DNA of 64,000 nt from Actinomycetota bacterium (GTDB lineage Bacteria; Actinomycetota; UBA4738; HRBIN12): positions 3,502 to 67,501 of the forward strand of contig DATFFT010000011.1 of NCBI GenBank assembly GCA_035249905.1, in the 5' to 3' direction. This document shows positions 47,182 to 55,074 of the stretch, one piece after another. Positions within the stretch are counted from its first letter, which is position 1, and every line of letters starts with the position of its first letter. Both the position numbers and the translations under genes were made by a program. The notes under the pieces were generated by a model that ran no database searches, was not told the origin of the DNA, and worked only from the letters and a program-made list of their open reading frames with translations.

Positions 47182-50100
47182 ATGCGCACGTGTTCCCGCT
47201 GCGGGGAGCAGAATCCCGAACGCGCCCGCTTCTGCCTGAAGTGCGGTGAGCCGCTTGCAACGGCGGGGCCCGCGCGGCTCGAGCGGAAGTTCGCCACCGC
47301 CCTGTTCGCCGACCTCGTGGGGTCGACGACCCTCGCCGAACAGGAGGATCCCGAGGTCGTCCAGGCGGTGATCGGTCGGGCGTTCGATCGGTTGTCGGAG
47401 GAGATCGCACGGTACGAGGGGCTCCTCGAGAAGTTCATGGGTGACGCGATCCTGGCGGTCTTCGGTGTGCCGCGCGCGCACGAAGACGACGCGGATCGTG
47501 CCGTGCGCGCAGCCCTCGAGATGCAGGCCGTGCTCTCGGAACTGAACCGCGAGTTCGCCGGCGAAGGGAAACCGCAGCTCGCCATGCGGATCGGTGTGGA
47601 GGCCGGCGAGGTGCTCGTCGACGTCGAGCGGGCGAGTGGCCCGCGTGACCGCATGCTGACCGGCGACGCGGTGAACACGGCGGCCCGCCTGCAGTCCGCC
47701 GCGGAGTCGGGTCGCGTGATCGTGGGCCCTGGGGTGTACGAGGCCACGAGGGACGTCATCGAGTACCGCGAGCTGCCCGACCTCGATGTGAAAGGGAAGG
47801 CCGAGCCCGTCCCGGTGTGGGATGCGCTCAGGATCCGCGCCAGGCAGCGAGGCGAGCGTCCCGAGCTCGGCATGCAGGCGAAGCTCATCGGGCGGGACGA
47901 GGAGCTGTCGGTCCTGACCCACACGTTCGAGCGGGTCCGATCGGAGGATCGCCCGGCGCTCGTGACGGTCGTCGGCGCGGCGGGTGTGGGCAAATCCCGG
48001 CTTGCCCGCGAGCTCGAGGCCTACGTGGACGCGCTTCCGGTGTTCATCCATTGGCGACGGGGCCGCTGTCTCGCATACGGAAACACCACCTATTCCGCGC
48101 TCGCAGACGCGATCAAGGCGCAGTGCGAGATCCTCGAGGACGACGTCGCCGACGTCGTGCAGAAGAAGATCGAGGACGCGGTCGAGGAGCTGTTCGGTGA
48201 CACCGAGATCGTCTCGCAGGTCGGCGCACTGATGGGTGTGGGCGAGCCCGGGACGTACGGCCGCGAGGAGCTGTTCGATGCCTGGCGCCGATTCTTCGAG
48301 CGGATGGCGGCGCGGTACCCATTGGTGCTCGTGTTCGAGGACATCCACTGGGCTGACGATGGTCTGCTGGACTTCATCGAATACCTCGGTGACTGGGCGC
48401 AGGGGCCGATCCTGACGGTGGCCCTTGCGCGGCCCGAGCTGTTCGAGCGGCGGGCGACATGGGGCGGCGGCAAGCGCAACGCGGCCTCGATCGCGCTCGA
48501 CCCGTTGTCCGCCGACGAGAGCGTCGCGATGCTCGACGACCTGCTCGCCGGCGGTCTCCCGGAGGAACTCGGCGGTGTGGTCGCAGCGCGGAGCGAAGGC
48601 AACCCCCTGTTCGTCGAGGAGATCGTCCGCAAGCTGATCGACGACGGCGTGCTGCGTGCGAGCGAGTCGTCGACCTGGGACGTCGTGACGCCCGTGAGCC
48701 ACGTGGACCTGCCCCGGTCGATCCAGAGCCTGATCGCGGCACGGCTGGACGGCCTGCCCGACGACGAGAAGGCGCTGCTGCAGGACGCCGCAGTCATCGG
48801 CCGGGTGTTCTGGTCCGGCGCCGTAGCCGCCTTGAGCGGCGCGGGACCTGCGGACGTGCGCGACGCGGTCGGCCGGCTCCGCGTCAAGGAGCTCCTGCTG
48901 CTCAACGACCCGCCGAGCTTTTCCGGCGAGCTCGAGTTCACGTTCCGACATGCTCTGATCCGCGATGGTGCGTACGACTCGTTGCCGAAATCGTTACGGG
49001 CATCGAAGCATGTGCAGGTCGCGCGGTGGGCGGAGGCGAAGGCCGGCGACCGCGCGGACGAGTTCGCCGCGCTGATCGCCACCCACGATGTGGAGGCCCT
49101 CCGCTACTTCGACGAGCTCGGCGACGTCTCCGCCCAGCGCTCGGTCGTGCAGCGCGATGCCCACCGATGGACGATGGCCGCGGCCGACCGGAGCGCCGCA
49201 CTGTGGTTGCCCGTCGAGGCGAGCCGCTGGTACGGCGAGGCACTCGGGCTCGCCCACGCGATCGGACTCTCCGCCGCCGAACGCGCCCCGATCGCCCGCG
49301 AGCTCTACGACGCATCGTTCGGCACGCTCACCGTCGACGAAACCATGGCTGCTGCGCGAACGGCGCTCGAGCTCTTCGAGGAGGCTGGCGACGGGCTCCA
49401 GGCCGGCGCGGCGGAGTCGTGGCTGATCATCCCGACGTTCCAGCAAGGCCGGCAGGAGGATGCGCTGGAGCACGGCCGCCGGGCGATCGCGCGCCTCGAG
49501 CCCTTCGGTGAGACGCGGGAACTCGCTGCCGCCTTGCGCTTGATGGGCCAGTTCCACTGGCGGCGCGGTGAGTCGGAGGCCGCGGACGGATGTCTGCGGC
49601 GGGCCGTGGAGATCGCGCGCCATGTCGGCGCGCGCGACATCCAGGCCGAGGCGATGCAGGACCTCTGCGTCAACCTGTCGCAGAGCGGCCGCCCGAGAGA
49701 AGCCCTCGCGACCCTCGACGAGGCCTTCCGCTTGGCGAAGGAGGTCGGCGATCGCCTGAACCTTCAACGGATGTACAACAACTACGCCTCGATCCTCGCC
49801 GTCTACGGATCCGAGTACGTCAATGCGCGCGCGATCGCCGCCGAAGGGGTAGAGCTCGGGCGCCGAATCGGGGGGATGGGCTGGCTCGCGTGGATCGTCG
49901 GGACGCTCGGTGAGATCGACCTTGCCCTCGGTGACCTCCCACGAGCCGAAGAGCTGACGCGAGAGGCTCTCGCGTACGCGCTCGAGTCTCACGACGAGCC
50001 ACTCGTGAGCCTGCGGTACCCGATCCTCGCGCAGGTCGTCCTGATGAGAGGCGATGTCGCCGAGGCGGAGGAGTGCATCGCGCGCGCACACGAGCTGGTG

Positions 50101-50622
50101 CGCGGGGATGAGGAGCCGCAGGGCGAGATCCCCCGGTCATGGATCGAGGCGATGCTGGCATCGGCCAGGCGGTCGCACGACGAGGCGATCGAGCACCTGC
50201 GACACGGCGTCGAGCTCGCCGAGCGATTCAGCGTCGACCTCGCACCGCAGCTCGAGCTCGACCTGGTCCGAGCGTTGGTCCCGCGGGGGGAGTACGAGGA
50301 GGCTGAGGCAGCTCGCGCGGTGCTCGGACTCGGGTGGAGCCCACTCGCGCGTGCCTGCGCCGACGCGGCCGACGGGCTGCTCGCACGCGATGCGGCCGCC
50401 GCCCTCGGGCCCCTGCGCGCGGCGGCCGACTCCTTCGACGCGCTCGGCACCAAGGTGGATCTGGCGCGAACGATGCTCGACCTCGGCCGGACCAAGCGGC
50501 GCGCTGGCCGCGATCCACGGCCCTCGTTCGAGCGAGCACGCGCCCTGCTGGTCGAGTGCGACGCGCGGTACTTCCTGCCGGAGGTGGACGAGGAGCTCGC
50601 CTCGACCGATGAGAGCCGGTAG
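47182..50622 (+). CDS. Zinc-ribbon / class III adenylate-guanylate cyclase / AAA(STAND)-type ATPase / TPR multidomain regulator
   Basis: ATG 47182 gives MRTCSRCGEQNPERARFCLKCGEPL. Cyclase motifs ATALFADLVGST and KFMGDAILAVFG. P-loop VVGAAGVGKSRL. The long C-terminal half is helical-repeat. No HTH seen. Confidence 0.85.
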   Translation: MRTCSRCGEQNPERARFCLKCGEPLATAGPARLERKFATALFADLVGSTTLAEQEDPEVVQAVIGRAFDRLSEEIARYEGLLEKFMGDAILAVFGVPRAHEDDADRAVRAALEMQAVLSELNREFAGEGKPQLAMRIGVEAGEVLVDVERASGPRDRMLTGDAVNTAARLQSAAESGRVIVGPGVYEATRDVIEYRELPDLDVKGKAEPVPVWDALRIRARQRGERPELGMQAKLIGRDEELSVLTHTFERVRSEDRPALVTVVGAAGVGKSRLARELEAYVDALPVFIHWRRGRCLAYGNTTYSALADAIKAQCEILEDDVADVVQKKIEDAVEELFGDTEIVSQVGALMGVGEPGTYGREELFDAWRRFFERMAARYPLVLVFEDIHWADDGLLDFIEYLGDWAQGPILTVALARPELFERRATWGGGKRNAASIALDPLSADESVAMLDDLLAGGLPEELGGVVAARSEGNPLFVEEIVRKLIDDGVLRASESSTWDVVTPVSHVDLPRSIQSLIAARLDGLPDDEKALLQDAAVIGRVFWSGAVAALSGAGPADVRDAVGRLRVKELLLLNDPPSFSGELEFTFRHALIRDGAYDSLPKSLRASKHVQVARWAEAKAGDRADEFAALIATHDVEALRYFDELGDVSAQRSVVQRDAHRWTMAAADRSAALWLPVEASRWYGEALGLAHAIGLSAAERAPIARELYDASFGTLTVDETMAAARTALELFEEAGDGLQAGAAESWLIIPTFQQGRQEDALEHGRRAIARLEPFGETRELAAALRLMGQFHWRRGESEAADGCLRRAVEIARHVGARDIQAEAMQDLCVNLSQSGRPREALATLDEAFRLAKEVGDRLNLQRMYNNYASILAVYGSEYVNARAIAAEGVELGRRIGGMGWLAWIVGTLGEIDLALGDLPRAEELTREALAYALESHDEPLVSLRYPILAQVVLMRGDVAEAEECIARAHELVRGDEEPQGEIPRSWIEAMLASARRSHDEAIEHLRHGVELAERFSVDLAPQLELDLVRALVPRGEYEEAEAARAVLGLGWSPLARACADAADGLLARDAAAALGPLRAAADSFDALGTKVDLARTMLDLGRTKRRAGRDPRPSFERARALLVECDARYFLPEVDEELASTDESR

Positions 50623-50676
50623 GCAGGCGATGGCGAGGACCCTGCTCGGTCGGCCACTCCTGCATCCAGGACGCAG

Positions 50677-51181
50677 TCAGGATCTTGTCGCCTCGAAGAA
50701 CTGCTCGAGCCGGTTCGCGAGTTCGATCGGATGGCTGAGGGCCACGCAATGTCGGCCATCGATCTCGTCCGCAAGGCATGGCCGGCAGCGGCCAGGGCTG
50801 ACCCCGCGGCGGGTGACGGTGGTCCCGGCCCGGTCGCATGGCCTCGGACGCGAGCTCGGGCGACACATCGTGGTAGTAGGTCGCGATGTCGTCGCGGTCT
50901 CGCTCGCGGGGCTCAAGGTCGTACCCCGTCTCGGACCACCAGTCGTCCGGGCGTTCGCCCGGCGACGGGATTATGCCGGCGACGAACACGAGGAGCTTTG
51001 CAGGGATGCGATCGCAGACGAGCGGCGCGGTGAATGCTCCGAACGACTGGCCGACCACCACGAGGCCGTCGTGTCCGCCGATCGGGCCGACGAAAGCGTC
51101 GGCGTAGGTCCCGAGGTCCGCTTCCTGGTATCCCGAGGCGGGAGCTATGGTGGGTCGTTCGCGCGGAGAGGGAGTGGGCAT
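50677..51181 (-). pseudogene. Alpha/beta-hydrolase remnant (N-terminally truncated, one frameshift)
   Basis: One frame carries the nucleophile elbow VVVGQSFGAF and YHDVSPELASEAM. A different frame carries the family-typical C-terminus DGRHCVALSHPIELANRLEQFF (ORF 50677..50916). The N-terminal HG/oxyanion region is missing. Confidence 0.55.
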
Positions 51182-51644
51182 GGCGGGGGGCAAGACGCGT
51201 CTACCGCCGCGGTGGGTCGTCGTGAGCTTCTGGCACGTGCACCGACTGTTCGTCCGGGTCACCGGGGGCAGAGGGCTGTGGCGTCCGCGCCCCGGGAAGT
51301 GGGGCGCTTTGCGCATCACGACGAGAGGCCGGCGAAGCGGTGAGCCGCGGAGCGTGATCGTCGGCTACTACGAGGACGGGCACAACCTCGTGTCGATGGC
51401 CATGAACGGCTGGGGCGCGCCGGAGCCAGCCTGGTGGCTCAACCTCCAGGCCCACCCCGAGGCGACGGTCGAGCTGGCCGGTGGGATCCGCCGTGAGGTG
51501 CTCGGCAGGGCCGCGTTGGGCGAGGAGCGTGAACGGCTCTGGCAGCGTTGGGCGGAGATCGACGAGAACCTCGAGGGCTACGCTGCTCGCCGCCCGCGCG
51601 AGACGGCCGTCGTCGTCCTCGAACCGCGTGCCGCGGCCGAGTGA
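51180..51644 (+). CDS. Deazaflavin (F420)-dependent nitroreductase family protein (Ddn-like)
   Basis: LRITTRGRRSGEPRSVIVGYYEDGHNLVSMAMNGWGAPEPAWWLNLQAHPEATVEL...ERERLWQRW matches this family's pattern. Confidence 0.75.
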   Translation: MAGGKTRLPPRWVVVSFWHVHRLFVRVTGGRGLWRPRPGKWGALRITTRGRRSGEPRSVIVGYYEDGHNLVSMAMNGWGAPEPAWWLNLQAHPEATVELAGGIRREVLGRAALGEERERLWQRWAEIDENLEGYAARRPRETAVVVLEPRAAAE

Positions 51645-51830
51645 GCGATCCTGCGGGCTGCGGATCGACTCGGCAAAGCCCGGAACGCGATCGCCTTCAT
51701 CGATGTTAGAGCGTGATGCTAGGCTCGCGCGCGCGATGGAAGGTGGCTTCGCTCGCATCGACACCAGGCTCGAGGCGATCTCGACGAGGCTCGACATCCA
51801 TCTCGACCAGCCGCGCGCTGAACGAGCAAC

Positions 51831-51986
51831 TCAGGCCGCGGGTTCGACCAGCTTCCAGGCGTTCTGCCAGGAGCCTCCCTGCATGTTCAGGAAGATGTCC
51901 AGCGCTCCCATCGCCTCGAGGATCCGAGCCGACGAGAGCGGGCCCGCACCCCCCACGTTCCCCGTACTGATGATGGCGATGAACAT
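51831..51986 (-). CDS. Candidate unannotated small ORF (51 aa): MFIAIISTGNVGGAGPLSSARILEAMGALDIFLNMQGGSWQNAWKLVEPAA
   Basis: Hand-translated; it is below the ORF-track size cutoff. Third positions are strongly G/C-biased. GAGGAGA lies just upstream, but the spacing is short. It sits 42 nt downstream of the stop of the 52029..53624 gene, on the same strand. Confidence 0.3.
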   Translation of the reverse strand: MFIAIISTGNVGGAGPLSSARILEAMGALDIFLNMQGGSWQNAWKLVEPAA

Positions 51987-52028
51987 TCTCCTCGCGGGGC
52001 GTTCGAACACATCTGTGGCCGGTCGCGG

Positions 52029-53624
52029 TCAGTCGCGGTCGGGCCAGGGGGCCACGTCGACCTCGTTCCCCTCGGGGTCGGCGAGCGTCCACCACTCAGG
52101 CGCGTTCTCGTCGCTGACCACGTGGCCCCCGGCGGCGATCGCCGCGGCGACGCGCGTCTCCGCCTGGTCGTGCGGCACGTAGACGTCGATGTGGATCCGA
52201 TTGCGCTGCGAGCGCGGCGCGTCCATCTGCTGGAACCACAACGGCGGTCCCTGGAAGTGGGGGTCTGCCAGATCCTCATCGTCAACCTGTCTGTAACCGA
52301 GCACCGCACGCCAGAACGGCATGACGTCGGGGATGACGAGGGCGTCGATCGCGATCTGGACGTTCTGCAAGCCGGTCAGGTCGACGCTCACGTCCAGCTC
52401 GCGCGCCGTGGCCGATATCCGCCGGGCCAGGTCGACGTGGCCCTCGTTCAGCCATCCGGGGCCGTGCGTGCTCAGACGGACCGTGACGCTGTCGGATCGG
52501 AGGTCGACGTCGGGCTCGAGATCGGCGCCGGCGGCCAGCCTTCCGATCGAGTCCACCAGCGCGACCCCCGCAGCGAACGACCCCGTGCGGAAGTGCGTGC
52601 ACGCGTCGTCCCTCACGATCCGCCAGTCGAGCTCGTGGAACCGGCTCGGTGCGATCCGTTCGCTCATCGGGCCCCCTTTCGCGATCGCGACGGCGAACTT
52701 CCCTCTCGATGAACGCTCTCCGACGAGGCCGAGAGCCTGCGGGAGCTCATCGAACGAGAACGTCTGCCTGATCGGCACCTGGAGATCGCCGTCCGCCGCC
52801 ATCCGGATCACGTTCGCGAACCGAGCAGGATCGCTCTGGGCGAACACGTTCGTCGCTCCCACGCCGCGAGCGCTCAACCCGTCCTCGTCCGCCGATCCCG
52901 TCGTCGAGACGACGTGACCGCCGTCCTTGACGAGCCCCGCGACGGAGTTGTGGGCGTCGCCCATGTTCACGGCGTCGATGAGCGCATCGATCCCGTCGGG
53001 GTGCGACCCGCGCACCGATCTCGCGACGTCGCCCCGGTAGTCCACGACCTCGCTGGCGCCGAGCGAGCGGATCCAGGACTCGTCGTCGGGCAAGCTCGTG
53101 GCGATCACCGTCGCGCCGAGCGCGGCCGCGATCTGGACCGCGTACGAACCGACGCCACCCGTCGCCCCCGTCACGAGGACGACGTGGCCGTCCGAGGCGC
53201 CGACGGCATCGACGGCCACCATCCCCGTGAGGGCGGCGAGCCCGACCGAGGCGGCCTGCTCGAACGAGAGCGTGGCGGGCTTCGGCTCGATGAAGCCGTT
53301 GGCGGGCACGACGATGAACTCCGCGTACGCGCCGCGACCCACGTGCTCTTCGGGGGGCGCGATCCCGGTTACCTCGCTTCCGACCGAGAAGCGCTCGACC
53401 CCTTCTCCGACGGCGTCGACGACGCCCGCGAAGTCCTTGCCCACCACGACCGGGTAACGGTGCTCCATCATGCCTCTCGCCATGCCCGACGCGACGAAGA
53501 CGTCGAACCCGTTCACCGACGATGCCTTCACCGCGACACGGACATCACCGGGACCCGGATCGGGGACGGCGATGTCCAGGAACGTGGCGGCGCTCCGGTC
53601 GTCCGGCAGTGCGAACGCCTTCAT
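52029..53624 (-). CDS. Fusion of MDR zinc-type quinone oxidoreductase, pterin-4a-carbinolamine-dehydratase-like domain and VOC/glyoxalase-like domain
   Basis: Residues 1-312 are MDR-like (VTGATGGVGSYAVQIAAALGA ... RGKFAVAI). Residues 320-415 are PCD-like (WRIVRDDACTHFRTGSFAAGVALVDSIG...DLRSDSVTVRLST). Residues 417-531 are glyoxalase_6-like (IHIDVYVPHDQAETRVAAAIAAGGHVVSDENAPEWWTLADPEGNEVDV). Confidence 0.8.
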   Translation of the reverse strand: MKAFALPDDRSAATFLDIAVPDPGPGDVRVAVKASSVNGFDVFVASGMARGMMEHRYPVVVGKDFAGVVDAVGEGVERFSVGSEVTGIAPPEEHVGRGAYAEFIVVPANGFIEPKPATLSFEQAASVGLAALTGMVAVDAVGASDGHVVLVTGATGGVGSYAVQIAAALGATVIATSLPDDESWIRSLGASEVVDYRGDVARSVRGSHPDGIDALIDAVNMGDAHNSVAGLVKDGGHVVSTTGSADEDGLSARGVGATNVFAQSDPARFANVIRMAADGDLQVPIRQTFSFDELPQALGLVGERSSRGKFAVAIAKGGPMSERIAPSRFHELDWRIVRDDACTHFRTGSFAAGVALVDSIGRLAAGADLEPDVDLRSDSVTVRLSTHGPGWLNEGHVDLARRISATARELDVSVDLTGLQNVQIAIDALVIPDVMPFWRAVLGYRQVDDEDLADPHFQGPPLWFQQMDAPRSQRNRIHIDVYVPHDQAETRVAAAIAAGGHVVSDENAPEWWTLADPEGNEVDVAPWPDRD

Positions 53625-53671
53625 CGTGCCCTCCGTCCTGATCTGGTCTGGTCACTAGTATCCGGCTGCTG

Positions 53672-54898
53672 ATGGTCGTGCGGCCTCGAGCGCGCGCCGC
53701 TCGTGGCGTCGTGCAGGGAAGGCGAACGTTGGACATACCCGAACGCTACGTGCGGCTCTGCCTGCGGGTGGGCCGCCACCTCGAGGACTTCGTCGATGCG
53801 TACATCGGCCCTTCGGAGTGGCAAGGAGCGGTGAACGCCGAGGACCCCGTCGACCCGGGACAGCTCCACGATGAAGCGCAGGCCATGCTGGGCGCTCTCG
53901 GCGACGCCGAGCTCGAGAACGATCGGCGGCGGTGGCTCCGCGCACAGCTCGAGGCGGTGGAGTGCATCTCCGCCCGCCTGGCAGGCGCCGAGATGGCCTG
54001 GGCCGACGAGGTCGAGCGGTGTCTCGGTGTTCGTCCCGCACGCACCGACTCGAGCGTCTTCGGGGAGGTCCACGAACGGCTGGATGAGGCGCTTCCGGGG
54101 ACCGGCGACGTTCGCGAGCGGTACGTCGCGTGGGATGCCGACAACGCCGTGCCGCGGCCCAAGCTCCTCACCGCGCTCGACCGACTGAGGGAGGTCCTCG
54201 GCCCCCGAGCGCACGAGCTGGCCACGATGCCGGCCGAGGAGTCGGTCGCCTACGAGACCGCCTCCGACGTCCCCTGGATCGCCTTCAACCGGTACGAGGG
54301 CGGGTTCCACAGCCGCGTCGAGGTCAACGTCGACCTCCCGATCTCCGTCGCGCTCCTCGTCGACCTTACCGCGCACGAGGCGTATCCGGGCCACCACACC
54401 GAGCGGGCGGCCAAGGAGCGGCATCTCTATCGAGACCTCGGTCGTCCCGAGGTGAGCGTCGTGATCACCCCGGCGCCCGAAGCCGTCATCTCAGAGGGCA
54501 TCGGGTTGATCGCGCTCGAGGAGGCGTTCGGACAGCAGCCCTTCGAGGCCGTAGCGGAGGCCCTAACCGACATCGACGTGCGTTTCGATCCAGGCGAAGC
54601 CGACGCGGTGCATCGGGCCGAGATCGCGCTGTACGCGGTCGGGACGAACGCCGCCTTCATGCTCCACGAGGACGGCGCGACGACGGAGGAGGTCGAGGGG
54701 TACGTGCGCCGATGGGACCTCGGTTCCGACGAGAAGGCCGCTCACACCGTTGAGTTCCTCTCCGATCCCTCGTCGCGCGCGTACGTGCCGGCCTATCCGC
54801 AGGGGCGACGGCTCTGCCGCGACTTCGCGGACCGCGCACCCGGGAACTTCACACGGCTCCTCACCGAGCAGCTGACGCCAGCAGATCTCCTCGACTGA
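53672..54898 (+). CDS. DUF885-family protein (putative metallopeptidase-like)
   Basis: LTAHEAYPGHHTER matches the HExxPGHH signature of DUF885. Start uncertain. Confidence 0.65.
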   Translation: MVVRPRARAARGVVQGRRTLDIPERYVRLCLRVGRHLEDFVDAYIGPSEWQGAVNAEDPVDPGQLHDEAQAMLGALGDAELENDRRRWLRAQLEAVECISARLAGAEMAWADEVERCLGVRPARTDSSVFGEVHERLDEALPGTGDVRERYVAWDADNAVPRPKLLTALDRLREVLGPRAHELATMPAEESVAYETASDVPWIAFNRYEGGFHSRVEVNVDLPISVALLVDLTAHEAYPGHHTERAAKERHLYRDLGRPEVSVVITPAPEAVISEGIGLIALEEAFGQQPFEAVAEALTDIDVRFDPGEADAVHRAEIALYAVGTNAAFMLHEDGATTEEVEGYVRRWDLGSDEKAAHTVEFLSDPSSRAYVPAYPQGRRLCRDFADRAPGNFTRLLTEQLTPADLLD

Positions 54899-55074
54899 GC
54901 CGACGCCGTCGGAGCTCGACCTGATGGCCCAGCTCGCCGGCATGACGGTGCGCGAGCGTTGGGGCGGGTGGAGGTCGGAGTCGTTCACGAACGATAGCCG
55001 GCAGCACGCCTCGGCCTGGGAGAAGCCGGCGGGCTGGAACGGGCTCGGGACCTGAAGCTGCCGGTTCGACCGCT

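Noticed and set aside
51481-52182. 233-aa plus-strand ORF and 129-aa minus-strand ORF (51706..52095) spanning the gap between the Ddn-like gene and the MDR fusion gene.
   Set aside because: The products are Ser/Arg/Ala-rich and not protein-like, and they overlap the ends of well-supported genes. Only the 51-aa high-GC3 frame inside the gap is retained, as a low-confidence candidate.
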